From assembly GCA_951406725.2 (NCBI GenBank), contig OX597823.1, positions 8,184,001-8,248,000 of the forward strand: a DNA stretch of 64,000 nt, given 5' to 3'. The stretch's first letter is position 1, and each line of letters begins with the position of its first letter. Of the stretch, positions 44,218 through 58,385 are shown one piece after another. Below the pieces are notes generated by a model. The model searched no databases. It worked only from the letters and a program-made list of their open reading frames with translations, and was not told where the DNA came from. The position numbers and the translations under genes are program-made. Source of the stretch: Octopus vulgaris (Eukaryota).

Positions 44218-44663
44218 TGAATAAGGGTAGAAATTGATATTAATCAATTAAAACCAGTGGCCTAGCATATTAAACAAATATTTTTTACATACAAAACTGT
44301 AGTGGTCAGTCCTTTAAATTTTGTATGTAATATATATATATATATATATATATAAATATATATGTGACAAGTGAAAAAATATTTTTACGTTTATGCAAAA
44401 CATTTTACGCGTGTTTCGTTTAACAATAATATTTGTTATATAAAGAAACCATTACAAGCTCGTTATATCATGAAATCAAGTACATATCTAACTTAAATAA
44501 CTTCAATTTATATAATGGACATGGGCCAATATATGATATCAACAAACATAACTACTACAGAAGTAATGACTGTGTTAAGAAATGGCTAGAATGGACCTTC
44601 CACGCTGTAATTGCCATAATATATGCAAACATACATACATACATACATACATACATACATACA

Positions 44664-44697
<34 letters not shown>

Positions 44698-45500
44698 CAT
44701 AACATGCGCAAAAGGGACAAAAACGCAGGAGAAGCACCAAAATGGGATAACCGTATCAAACTTCGTGGAATTAACAGAGAAGATATCGACCACATCATAA
44801 GCAGTTGCTCGAAAATGTCATTAGGGTAAAATCTACAGATGAGACATGATGTTGTAGCTGAGTCACTGTATAATGAGATCCATTAGAATGAAAACCCAAA
44901 GAAATAAGAAGCCATAGCCACTTATAATAAGGAGTACTAGTGGCATGTCCGAATGTAAACCTCCATAATATGTTAACGTAATGGATTTGACATAGTGATT
45001 TGGGACAGAAAAGGGAAACTGTGTACAGTTGTGGAAATCAGCTGCCCAGCGGATGTAAGCATAAAGCGAGAAGAAAATACCTAATCTGAACTATTAAGAA
45101 ATCTACAGTTACTCTACCCAGATTGTAAGCTCGGGTTTATACCTGCAATTATTGGGACACTGGGATATGCAACACACTGCCTTAAGTACCTATCGTGAAA
45201 AATTAGGCTTCTGAAACCAGAAAGGGGAAAACTGATTCGAAGACTACAGATCCAAGCTAATACTGGAACTGTAAACATCTGTAAAACTCTCCAGAAGTTT
45301 AGCATTTAAGTATGTATGCACACGCCTAGACTTGCGACTATATGCATGAAAATACATATATAAAACAAAACATACAGATCTGCACATGCACTGACTCCAG
45401 ATACTGTAAATATACACATAAATATGCACAAAAAAGCTGTTGATGCTGCTGAAATTCCAATGCATGTAGGTTAGAAGCCGGCTCTTTCTCTATTGAAAAT
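44698..45500 (+). mobile_element. decayed REL-endonuclease LINE (R4/NeSL group) 3' part after (TACA)n
   Basis: EDIDHIISSCSKM...RHDVVA...DIVIWDRKGKLCTVVEISCPAD...IPAIIGTLG. The 3' boundary is approximate. Confidence 0.8.
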
Positions 45501-45725
45501 CTTGAAGAGATACATAGATACAAACATGCATACGTACAAACACGCATAAAAACACATAGAACCATACATACTAACGTACATACGTACAGACAGGATGCAG
45601 AGAATGACACACACATTGGAATATAAATCTGCCATATTTCTGACTGTGAAACATATTTAAGGTGCTTTATTTCTGGGACAGATGCTGCATATCTCTTCTT
45701 ATGTTGTACCATACACACACATATG

Positions 45726-45783
<58 letters not shown>

Positions 45784-45814
45784 ATGTGTATGTTTATATC
45801 ATATATATATATGC

Positions 45815-45916
<102 letters not shown>

Positions 45917-46259
45917 GTATATATATAAACGTATATAGGCCTGCAGTTTGGTACTCTCTGAGCAACCATAAATATTTCCACGAATCCACTTGAAGTTTAT
46001 ATTTATTAATATATACATTTTGCTGTCACTTTATTTGTGTCCACAGGGGGAAAGTATGGCTCCCATACTGTCTAAGGGTGTAGCTCAGGGTTCTTTCTAT
46101 TCTTCTGATTAATTTGACAAACCTACTCAAGTACATTGCTTGTAATTATTTTATGGGCTCCCAAAGGATATCAATGTCATGTCACTAGCAAACTATTCTA
46201 ATATAATTAACGCAGACTTTTCCATAAGGGCAAACACAGAGAGAGATTGGTATACAAAA

Positions 46260-46302
<43 letters not shown>

Positions 46303-46325
46303 CATATATACATACATACACATAC

Positions 46326-46371
<46 letters not shown>

Positions 46372-46949
46372 AATATACACGTACAGATAATACAAGCATG
46401 CATACACATCACATGACTGTGTATGCGTGTGTACTCTTTTAAAGTTTTACACGCATATTTGTGTATGTGTGTGTGTATATATACACATATGCATATGCAT
46501 ATATTTATACCAAACTTATATGTACATATGCACACACATATGTACGGATGTGTGTATACACACACACAGACACACACACACATATATATATATGAATCTA
46601 ATGATATTTGCGTATATAGCTGCATGTAAGGAAATATCCATTAGATATGTACATGTATTCATGCATATGACAATTCATAAATTTATGCAATAGTAAATAT
46701 ATACCAATATTCGCGTTGATATAAGTTCATGTATGCAAGAAATCAATACTCGATCTTACAATTCATTCCTGAATGCATGCGTACATTCATCATAGCTTAC
46801 TTATATTCATACCTCAGATCTGGCTTAACTGTCCGAAACTTCGAAGTCACTGTCAATAGTATTCTCAAGAACAATAAACATATAATCTCCAAAAGTATAA
46901 AGTAGCCCATCAAATTAATGTAAAATTGTCTTTATTATAACTGAACATA

Positions 46950-47056
<107 letters not shown>

Positions 47057-47078
47057 GTTTTAATATATACAGTATAAA

Positions 47079-47676
47079 GGACACGAGCTGGCAGAAACGT
47101 TAGCACGCCGGGCGAAATGCGTAGCCGTATTTCATCTGCCGTTACGTTCTGAGTTCAAATTCCACCGAGGTCGACTTTGCTTTTCATCCTTTCGGGGTCG
47201 ATTAAATAAGTACCAGTTACGCACCGGGGTCGATGTAATCGACTTAATCCGTTTGTCTGTCCTTGTTTGTCCCCTCTATGTTTAGCCCCTTGTGGGTAGT
47301 AAAGAAATAGGTATTTCGTCTGCCGTTACGTTCTGAGTTCAAATTCCACCGAGGTCGACTTTGCTTTTCATCCTTTCGGGGTCGATAAATTAAGTACCAG
47401 TTACACACTGGGGTCGATGTAATCGTCTTAATCCGTTTGTCTGTCCTTGTTTGTCCCCTCTATGTTTAGCCCCTTGTGGGTAGTAAAGAAATAGGTATTT
47501 CGTCTGCCGTTACGTTCTGAGTTCAAATTCCACCGAGGTCGACTTTGCCTTTCATCCTTTCGGGGTCGATAAATTAAGTACCAGTTACACACTGGGGTCG
47601 ATGTAATCGTCTTAATCCGTTTGTCTGTCCTTGTTTGTCCCCTCTATGTTTAGCCCCTTGTGGGTAATAAAGAAAC
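47079..47676 (+). mobile_element. SINE family B trimer
   Basis: Head plus three 184-bp units (47127, 47311, 47495) within one TSD ATATATACAGTATAAAGG (47063 / 47677). Confidence 0.93.
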
Positions 47677-48087
47677 ATATATACAGTATAAAGGACAGGA
47701 GGTACTAATAGATTCTTGTGGACACACGTGCCTAGACAAGTTTTTGTAACACGTGTTATTAAAACTTGTCTATACACTTGTTTCCACAGCTTGAAGCTAT
47801 CAGAAACTGTACTTTAAATGATATGTATCTCTGACTTTGTTGACTTAAGGGAATACTGAAATATAGTTTCCTAATTTCTATTCCTGTATGTTATATATTT
47901 TAATAATTACTGGTATCTTTATATATTGTATATGTGAAACATAATATGTTATACATGTATGTATATTCTTGTAATTGTCATTTTAGTAAATAAATAAATG
48001 AATTGACATATAATGTCTAAAAGTTGATGAATTCCACCTATTGATCCCTCCATTTTCTTATTGCTCTCTCTCTCTCTCTCTCTCTCC

Positions 48088-48213
<126 letters not shown>

Positions 48214-48290
48214 CAGGGAATTAGAAATAATATTTATATATATATATAATAAGTTGATGAACCATCTATTGATCCCCTCCATTTCCTTAT

Positions 48291-48326
<36 letters not shown>

Positions 48327-48400
48327 CTTCTCGCTCAGAGATTTTATATGTAAATACATATATATATACATATATATACATATACATATATATATATATA

Positions 48401-48778
48401 CTAGCAGTATCGCCCGGCGTTGCTCAGGTTTGTAAGGGAAATAACTATAAAGCATTTTTAGAGAGTTATAGCCAAAAAATAGCAAAAAAATGGGAAAAAA
48501 AATGATGGTAAATTTTTTTGAGAGTTAAAAAAGGTGGAGTTGCGTCCCCTAGACAGTCTGTGGTTTGGGTTTCTGATTCTCGACCCCATGTCGAATTTAT
48601 CGATTTTTTTCAGAACTGGGGGAACTTTTCAAAATTTTCGCTGCGTTAGTTTTGAATTATGACATTGGGCTATGTGTGTGTCAAGTTTCATCAGAATCGG
48701 TTGAAAGCCGTGGTCAGAGTGAGGGTACGAGAAAACAGACACACAGAAACACGCACAGACAAACTGCCGTTTATATAT
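48401..48778 (-). mobile_element. non-autonomous Helitron, second subfamily
   Basis: Same 3' hairpin and CTAG end as the 13384 and 27960 copies, different 5' portion, embedded in (TA)n. Confidence 0.8.
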
Positions 48779-48792
48779 ATATATATATATAT

Positions 48793-48859
<67 letters not shown>

Positions 48860-48940
48860 TCTTGGAGCTAATCAACGGCAGCATTCGTCCTATTTTTCTG
48901 GACTGCCATGTTAGCTTGGCGATAGCTATTGATATCCAGT

Positions 48941-49068
48941 ACTGAGGTCGACTTTGCCTTTCATCCTTTTCGGGGTCGATAAATTAAGTACCAGTTGCGT
49001 AGTGGGGTCAATCTAATCGACTGACCTCCTCCCCCAAAATTTCGGGCCTTGCGCCTAGAATAGAAAAG
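48941..49068 (+). mobile_element. SINE family B 3' part (tail 2)
   Basis: Near-identical to 49783-49910. Confidence 0.85.
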
Positions 49069-49517
49069 AATATTGATATATGGAGGGCAGAAACACCAGC
49101 ACATGACTCAATATTGGTATTTGCCAACTAAATGTGGTGGTCCTTTAGAGGACAATTCATAAAAAGCCTTGTGAAATATTGCTGCTCAGCGTTTCCTGGT
49201 TGAAATGTTAGTTTATTTCGCCATTTATCAAGTTGTTAAACATATCGACATTTGAATGAGTATCGAGCGCAGTTAGTAAACCGTCTTGTTGTTTTTATAT
49301 TTGATCCACAGTGGTAAAATCAGAAAAACGATAGAGAATTTGGTCAAACTACTGCTTTCAATGAAATTGCATCTCGGTGACTGCTTCTATTGTACAGCCC
49401 TTGCTATTTGATTTTTATTCTCGGCAAGTGGAATTCGACGAGTGGTCCTCTTCGTGTCCTCAAACTCTGATTTGAGTAATACTAATAAAGTAGTTGAAAG
49501 TACTCCAAAAACCCTAA

Positions 49518-50040
49518 AAGTTTGATATATGGACGGCGAAAATACCAACTCATCACTCAATATTGATGTCTGGAGGGTAGAAACACCAGCACATGACTCA
49601 ATATTGATATATGAACGGCGGAAATGCCAACACATTGCTCAATATTGATATATGTACAGTGGAAATACCAGCACATCGCTCAGTATTGATATATGGAGGC
49701 AGCGAGCTGGCAGAGATGTTAGCACGCCGGGCGAATTGCTTAGCGGTATTTCGTCTGTCTTTACGTTCTGAGTTCAAATTCCACCGAGGTCGACTTTGCC
49801 TTTCATCCTTTTCGGGGTCGATAAATTAAGTACCAGTTGCGTAGTGGGGTCAATCTAATCGACTGACCTCCTCCCCCAAAATTTCGGGCCTTGTGCCTAG
49901 AATAGAAAAGAATATTGATATATGGACGGCAGAAACACCAGTACATGACTCAATATTGATATATGTACAGCGGAACTGCAAGCACATCGCTCAATATTGA
50001 TATATGGACGGCCGGAATATCAGCACATGGCTCAATATTG
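49518..50040. repeat. 41-bp minisatellite interrupted by a SINE B (~49697-49910)
   Basis: AATATTGATATATGGAGGGCAGAAACACCAGCACATGACTC-like units at 49518, 49559, 49600, 49641, 49682, 49911, 49952 and 49993. Confidence 0.88.
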
Positions 50041-50642
50041 TTGCTGATTGTTTCCCATAAGTGACCCCAGCACGGTTTAGGCTTGACTGGAAAGTAAATC
50101 CGCGCAAGTGGCTTTGAGGGTTCATCGTTCAACGCCCTGAGCAGTCATCGTTTTGAACCGTATAAAATGTCTTATTAGTACCAGCAAAGCCTGTATTCTA
50201 TGTAATAGCTGTTTGCTAAAACTCTATCGAGGCATTTCGTGAGAATCAGTAGGATATTTGACAAACTTCATGCACAATTTGATGAAGATACATTGCTCAG
50301 CCATCGTATAAATAAATATATTCATAATGTATTTATTTATACGAAATAAGAAATGCATTCATTTTCCTTTAACAAGATATTTTTTCAGTTTTATAGCCAC
50401 TCATTTACTCTCTAGCGCCAGAGAATACGAAAAGCTAGATAAAAGTATTTAAGCTGTATTCCATCATTTTCTTCAAAACATCCTGGCTTTTAATATTTGT
50501 ATATAATGAAGGAAAGAAAGGAAATACGAAAGAAAGCAATAAAGAATGAAAGGAGACGAGACTGCCATCACTTATAACATTGTCATTATTAATCTATTTC
50601 ACAGTACACTACCAAGGTTACCAAGAACTTATATTCCTATAC

Positions 50643-50710
<68 letters not shown>

Positions 50711-50725
50711 AACATATATATATAT

Positions 50726-50855
50726 AGTTGAAATTTACAGAAAAACAAAAGACATGACAGGCGTATAAACAACAAGCAAGTATATTAGTTTGACGCCTGG
50801 GAAGGTGAGAAAATCTTTTACGTTTCGAGCCTACGCCTTCAACGGAAAGGAACAC
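50726..50855 (-). mobile_element. probable Penelope-like pLTR end
   Basis: Minus strand TTGAAGGCGTAGGCTCGAAACGTAAAAGA resembles the CTGANGAAG..GCTCGAAACGT terminal motif; lies between (TA)n and (TG)n. Confidence 0.45.
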
Positions 50856-51034
50856 GTGCGTGCGTGTGTGTGTGTGTGTGTGTATACACATACATACTTA
50901 TGTATACATACACACATGTGCGCGCACATATAAATACGAGTGTATGTGGTTACTCTCTCTCGAAGATAATGCGCGAACGGCCTCTCAGCATTTTCATGTG
51001 ATGGAAATCTTTATGACATCCTCGAAATTATTCT

Positions 51035-51266
51035 TATTTCTTTATTGCACACAAGGGGCTAAACACAGAGAGGACAAACAAGGACAGACAAACGGATTAA
51101 GTCGATTACATCGACCCCAGTGCGTAACTGGTACTTAATTTATCGACCCCGAATGGATGAAAGGCAAAGTCGACCTCGGCGGAATTTGAACTCAGAACGT
51201 AACGGCAGTCGAAATACCGCTAAGCATTTCGCCCGGCGTGCTAACGTTTCTGCAAGCTCGCCGCCT
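51035..51266 (-). mobile_element. SINE family B (tail 1)
   Basis: Full copy, TSD TCGAAATTATTCT (51022 / 51267). Confidence 0.92.
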
Positions 51267-51443
51267 TCGAAATTATTCTGACTGAAAATATGACCAAGCC
51301 TTGCGTATTGCTCTTGATATTCAGTTCAGGAATTCATTTGTATTTTAGTGGTGTTTAAGACATACTGGGTTCGTTCAAGGAGGCTATTTTGAAGGGAATG
51401 ATCCTAAAAATAAGTAATATATGAAATATGGTATTTACTGGAG

Positions 51444-51578
<135 letters not shown>

Positions 51579-51597
51579 GAATCTATGTTTATAAATA

Positions 51598-53264
51598 CAC
51601 TACCGTCCGAAATTAATTAGCACCCTTGATTTGCTCTTCACTCAAGGTATTTGCTGTCACCTAGTGGCCATATCTCGAACTATTGCTTTGTTGTGAGTTC
51701 ACTGTTGTGCAGAACGATGACGTAACTTTGTTTGCAGAGCAGTTTGAGAGTCTACAGCCTAATGATGTGGACATAGCAGTGCAACAACAACTTGGAGTGC
51801 GGATGCAGACAAATCTTCCTTTGTTTAATAGATATAGGTAGCGCCTCGCAAGGACCGAAATCACACCGTACTAAGTTTTCTCATCGTGTAAGACGTTTTG
51901 AACAGCTCGTAGGTTAATTGATTTGTGTATTTGCAAGATTTTTTTTTCCTCACAAATTCTCCTACACTCTGCTTGATGACGTCACTTCCAGTTCACAAAA
52001 CTTTCTGTTATACATCAAATAAGGTGAGAAATTCTGCTTTCTTTCTTTTTTGTTTAATGAATAATAACTCATAGCAGTTTTGTTATAGCATAACATTATT
52101 CAAATGAATAGTTTTAATGAAAATAACTGGTTTTTATCGTTCATTCCTAGATGGGCCCAGGACCTCGCATGACCTTGGAGAGACGGTACGAGGCTCTCTC
52201 GTGGCGTGGGAAGCTGTCGGAGGCTGCAATAGCCAGAAAACTTGGTGTAGCCAGGCGCACAATTCAGTGCTTATTTAAGAAATACGAGGAAACCAGATCA
52301 GCAGCTGACAAAAAGGGTAGGGGACGGAAGAGGCTGATCCGAAAGTCACTGTACAACCGAAGGGCAACGAGCCGGCAACTGGCGGAGGAGATGCAAAAGA
52401 TGACAGGGAAGCAGTTGTCTACAACCACCGTCAAGACCAGATTACTGGAAGCCGCTCCTTAGAGCCCAAAACCGGAAGAGGCGGCTGCTCTGGGCCCGTG
52501 CCCACAAGACATGGACCGTGCAGCAGTGGCAGACAGTGATGTTCACTGACGAGTCGCGATTCAGTCTCGTCAGTGACAAGCCTGTCCATGTGCGACGCTG
52601 CAGGGGTGAGCGCTTCAACAAAGACTGCATTGCTCCCACCATGAAGCATGGTGGGGGTGGTCTGATAGTGTGAGGGGCGTTCAGCTACAGTGGTGTTGGG
52701 CGGCTCTATGCCGTCGAAGGCAACATCAACGCAGCAAAGTACGTTGAGATAGTACGGGATACCTCTTTGGTGGCGAGGAGTACGTGCTCCAGCAGGACAA
52801 CGCGCCTTCCCACACAGCCAAGCTCACAACCGGTTTCTTCAAGGACCATGGGGTGACGGTCATGGGGTGACGGTCATGGACTGGCCTGGCCAGTCACCTG
52901 ACCTGAACCCTATTGAGAACCTCTGGAGTCAATTGGGTAGGGATTTGAATGTGCAGCAATACAGGAACCGACACGAGCTGTTTGGGGCACTTCTTGCTGC
53001 ATGGAGGGCCATCCCTGCACAGTACCTGCAGGCACTCATAGACAGCATGCCGACCTGCGTAGCAGCTGTCATTACTGCCAAAGGAGGATCAACAAGATAT
53101 TGACTAAATTTCACGATTAATAACAATTATGTGGTGTACTGGGATATGTTTTAATAAATTTTTGATTAAAAACGAGTTCGTTTCTGATAATAAGTTAATT
53201 AAATTAAGAAAATGTAAGAAAATGTAGAAATTTGAGAAGTGCTAATTAATTTCCGACGCAAGTG
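51598..53264 (+). mobile_element. Tc1-family DNA transposon, both ends present
   Basis: TIRs CACTACCGTCCGAAATTAATTAGCAC / GTGCTAATTAATTTCCGACGCAAGTG, TA TSD. Confidence 0.95.
52151..53103 (+). pseudogene. Tc1 DDE transposase pseudogene
   Basis: HTH AIARKLGVARRTI, VMFTDESRF, QQDNAPSH, WPGQSPDLNPIENLW, KGGSTRY; deletions, a stop and a 14-bp tandem duplication. Confidence 0.93.
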
Positions 53265-53325
53265 TATGTATGTCTCCTTTCTCTCTCTGTATGTATGTAT
53301 ATTTATGTGTGTGTGTGTGTGTGTG

Positions 53326-53613
53326 TGGCCATGCTGAAGCACCGCTTTTAGTCGAGCAAATCAACCCCAGGACTTATTCTATCGGTCTCTGTTGCCGAAC
53401 TGCTATGTTACGGGGACGTAAACACACCAGCATCGGTTGTCAAGCGATGTTGGGGGGGGGGGGGTCAAACATAGATACGCAAGCACACACACATATATAT
53501 ATACATATACATATACATATATAGGACGGGCTTCTTTCAGTTTCCGTCTACCAAATCCACTCACTGAAGCCGGAATCATGTGGTTCGTAAGCAAGCTATT
53601 TACCACACAGCCT
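53326..53613 (-). mobile_element. SINE family A with deletions
   Basis: Family A head and tail segments. Confidence 0.8.
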
Positions 53614-53631
53614 ATATATACATACACACAT

Positions 53632-53711
<80 letters not shown>

Positions 53712-54309
53712 ACAGTTTGAAATAAAGAATTTACACAGACATATGCGTAAGTACAGTGGCCATCACTCATAAATGGCTATAATCTGTGAGTAGCAATCCT
53801 GTGATCTGGCTCTTCCTAACGATGCTTTCTTGGTTGCGAGCCAAATATCGGAATACAGAGGTCACTCACAGCGTTAAACATATCTAATTGATTTCAACTA
53901 CCGATGTTTTACTCGGTTTTAACAGACCCCAACCTATTTGGCAAGGCGTTCTACATTCAATTTTAGTTCCAGCTATGCGGCAAAAATCTCTTACATACAT
54001 TGACACGGGCGATTCTAAAATTTTCGACATTAGAATTGTAAATATAACAAACACGTTACTACACCCACAGGCATCCCCCTCCACACAACACACACACACT
54101 CACACGATCTCTCTGTTTCTCGCTACTTATGTACATACATACATAACTACATACAAACACATATACATACATACATGTAAATACATATATACATATATGT
54201 AAATACATACATACTCACAAACACATATTACAGTCTCTCTCACACATAGAAACGCATACACACGTGTGTCTGTGTGTGTATATATACATTCATATACACA
54301 CAACGCACC

Positions 54310-54366
<57 letters not shown>

Positions 54367-54427
54367 CCTATCTATCTATCTATCTATCTATCTATCCATC
54401 TATCTATATCTATCCGTCTATCCATCC

Positions 54428-54462
<35 letters not shown>

Positions 54463-54487
54463 CATCTATCTATCTATCTATCCATCC

Positions 54488-54527
<40 letters not shown>

Positions 54528-54556
54528 GTCTATCTATCTGTCTATCTATCTATCTG

Positions 54557-54639
<83 letters not shown>

Positions 54640-55963
54640 ATCTCTTTCTTTTTATATATGTTCATCTATACGTATATATACAATAAAAATGGTAAATAAT
54701 TCCTTCGGTATGCGGCGAAGCAGCCTGTTGCTCGCCCTTTTAATTATTTTTATTATATGTATATATATGTATATATACGTATATACATGTATGTATATAT
54801 ACATATATCTCTCTAGGTATATATTTATACGTACATACACTTGCGTGTGTGTGTGAGCCATACGCGTGCGCGCATTTTTGCCTGTGTGTGTTTGTGTAAC
54901 ACCAATGTCGATATATGTATAGATCATACTAACATCAACATTGAACCATAATTGTTTGCAAACGTTTTTATCTGAATGTGGCCATGATGTTCACACACAT
55001 ACTCTGTTACACTGACACACTTACTTAGTAGTTTACTTTCTGGCACATAACTTTATAAGAAGAGTGAAGCATTAATTAAATCAATCTGAAAACATTTCTA
55101 CTAGTTATTGACTCTGGAGTGAGGAATAGTGAAGTGTACTGTAGCAAGATAAGAACTAAAAAAAAGAGGAAAGAGTAATGGCTAATATGGAAAGATATAG
55201 TATCAAGTTCATCTCTCTACTAGATATATATCTTCCCTGCATCTTAAAATCATACAAATAATGATCTTTGGCTTAGACATAAGAAATCAAATTTGAGGAG
55301 AGAGTGAGGAGAGGAGAAATGGAGAGAGCACAAGAGGCGGAGAGAAAGGGATAGAGAGGAAAATATATAAAAGTATATGAGGGTACTTATATATAATTTT
55401 TTAACGTTCATGGAACATTTTAATGATGTCTGTTAAGTAGTGTGTAATAGTTTTGGATGAGAACCGGCTCAGAAACGGGGCTTATCAGCAACTCAGATCT
55501 ATTGAAAGCATTCTTCTTTAATTGTAGTTGTTAATTTTTTATTTATTTATAAATCATAATATATCCGTAAACTTCTTTTTCGGATACCTGGTATCTCTTT
55601 CAACATAGCAACCTAAGCTGATGAACATTCCAGCGATTACAATACTCTCCCCCCTCTCTCTCGATAAAAAAAAAACAAACTGTAAGCACTCGGCAATATT
55701 TTAAATACCAAGCATCCATTATGGATTTGCTCTTCATTCAGAACTGCATCTCAAAGAGATTAACAGTGGTAAAACATGTGTAACAACCGACAACCACATC
55801 TGACTACCATCCAGGAATTTGTTGATGATGTGTGATCTTAACATATATTATTAAGCACTTTTCCCAGCGTGCTAACAACCCTACCGGCTTGTCAACTTAA
55901 TAATAAAAATAATAACAACAAAAGTAATAATAATATATTTACCTTTCCTATAATATAACTCAG

Positions 55964-56283
55964 GTGAGGGCGCGTGGCTTAGTGGTTAGGGCATTCGGCT
56001 CATGATCGTAAGGTTGTGAGTTCGATTCCCGGCGACGCGTTGTGTCCTTGAGCAAGACACTTTATTTCACGTTGCTCCAGTCCACTCAGCTGGCAAAAAT
56101 GAGTTGTACTTGTATTTCAAAGGGTCAGCCTTGTCACTCTCTGTGTCACGCTGATTATCCCCGAGAACTACGTTAAGGGTACACGTGTCTGTGGAATGCT
56201 CAGCCATTTGCACGTTAATTTCACGAGCAAGCTGTTCCGTTGATCGTATCAGCTGGGACCCTCGTCGTCGTAACCGGCGGAGT
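55964..56283 (+). mobile_element. SINE family C
   Basis: A box TGGCTTAGTGG, B box GTTCGATTCC, GTGTCCTTGAGCAAGACACTT; TSD TAATATAACTCA (55951 / 56287). Confidence 0.93.
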
Positions 56284-56545
56284 CTTTAATATAACTCAAG
56301 AATAATCTATTCTGACAACCTTATTCACTTCTTAAAGTATTGCTGCTAGTTTATTGGGTTAGATACAAACTAAGCTGGAATTCTTCTTTGTCACTAACCA
56401 TACAACACTGGACAGAAAGTGATTTCAGGATAATGGTTTGAAAAGTTAGCTAATATTTCATCCGAAACGCGGTTCACAACAGTATTTTTCTAAACCGACT
56501 TATTGGCCTTTCATCTTCCAGGAGTCAATAAAATAAATATTCTTT

Positions 56546-56865
56546 ACTCCGCCGGTTACGACGACGAGGGTCCCAGCTGATACGATCAACGGAACAGCTT
56601 GCTCGTGAAATTAACGTGCAAATGGTTGAGCGTTCCACAGACACGTGTACCCTTAACGTAGTTCTCGGGGATAATCAGCGTGACACAGAGAGTGACAAGG
56701 CTGACCCTTTGAAATACAAGTACAACTCATTTTTGCCAGCTGAGTGGACTGGAGCAACGTGAAATAAAGTGTCTTGCTCAAGGACACAACGCGTCGCCGG
56801 GAATCGAACTCACAACCTTACGATCATGAGCCGAATGCCCTAACCACTAAGCCACGCGCCCTCAC
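56546..56865 (-). mobile_element. SINE family C, inverted near-identical copy
   Basis: Reverse complement of 55964-56283 with about 2 substitutions seen. Confidence 0.93.
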
Positions 56866-58385
56866 AAAATACATATACCAGTCTAGTAATTCACTGTACA
56901 ACCGAATTTCTGTGCGTAGTTTAGAAACAAATATCACTATTATTAAGAATGCGGTGGATTAGCTAAATTACTGTAACTCCGGAGAAAATATCTTATAACA
57001 TTTGTTTCGCGTTTTCGTGATTTGAATAAAAGTCACATAAGGATGAAGCTTCTCTTTCCTTCTTGGGAGGTCAAACAAATAAAGTACCAGTCAAAAAAAT
57101 AAAGTACCAGTCAAGCACAAGTGATTCAGTTATTATTACACTGAGTTTATTACTGGAAATAATGCTAATTTCTTAAATTTAAGTAATCTATGTAGACTAA
57201 AAACACCGTTTAACGTTAGAACGTAAAGACATAATTGAAAGTTTCCAACAGTCTAACAAATACACCGATAATCAAAATAAATTTTGCTTTTACATCACAC
57301 ACGAATTTAGCTTTTTTCCCAAAGCCTGTCTTTAGTGTTTCTTTAACACATTTAGTTTTTGAAATATGGAAGATTTTTTTTTTTTTCATAATTTCATCAA
57401 TACCAAAGATGTAATAAATAACATTTTATACAAAATTTACTTTTGGTGGAACAGAAATATACAGTAGACATTTGATTAATTTATACATAATTAATTTTAA
57501 TCGCATTTTTATTGAATATATTTAATTAAAATCACATACAATCGAAGAAAAATGTTTATTTTTAAATTTAAAAGTGTTGTACTATTTTTTCTTTTAAAAT
57601 GTTCTGTACCTTGCGATGAAGCGTTCAACAGTAGTCAACCATCATACCATCATTTTCGTATTCCTGATATCGTGTTTCCATTGCATGAATATATTGATAA
57701 AATAGTCCTCCTTGCTCAGTATCAAGATTTTCTATAAAAAAAATCTAGACAAGAATGTAAAATGTGTATGTTTTATGACGTCCCAAAGTTAATTTCTTTA
57801 GATATGAAGAAAGGTCCGAGCTCCAATTGTTCATGTAGGGGACAAAAATCATAAAATCTTACGACGTTTTTTCTTTTTAAATCGCAGTGTATTAAAGCTT
57901 TGTTGAAATCCAGTATCTTATAAAGCCTCTCTGATTTACGCCCTTTCAAATATTTCTTCCTTTAACTTTGCCGCACTCACATGTGAGACTTTTTCAGAAT
58001 GGTACTGAAATCCTCATGAATTGACTTTACTCATTGCTTTAACCTAATATTTTGTTACACCAAGCTCAATATGAAGAGATAGTAAAAAATATTGTCTTGG
58101 AATAAACAAAAGGACAAATTAGTTGTTACTTATTCCTGGAACATTTGTTAACATTAGTGGCTTGTCACGCTCAAATATGGCGAAGTGTAATAATACGATT
58201 GTCCAATAGGTATATCCAGAAATATAATTATCAGAAACAATCGGTCTTACCTCAAATCAATACGTGGTACTGAACAAATAAAGGATATTTTGAAATTATA
58301 AAAATGTCAGCTTAAAACTCCCAGGTTTTGTCCCACGCTGGTATTTTGATTCATTCACTACTTCTGTTATAATATTTGGTGCATT

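Noticed and set aside
49518-50040. 41-bp repeats as a CRISPR array
   Set aside because: The variable parts are homologous to each other, so this is a minisatellite.
55964-56040. tRNA gene
   Set aside because: A and B boxes are present but continue into a SINE body with a TSD; the other tRNA-like heads were rejected for the same reason.
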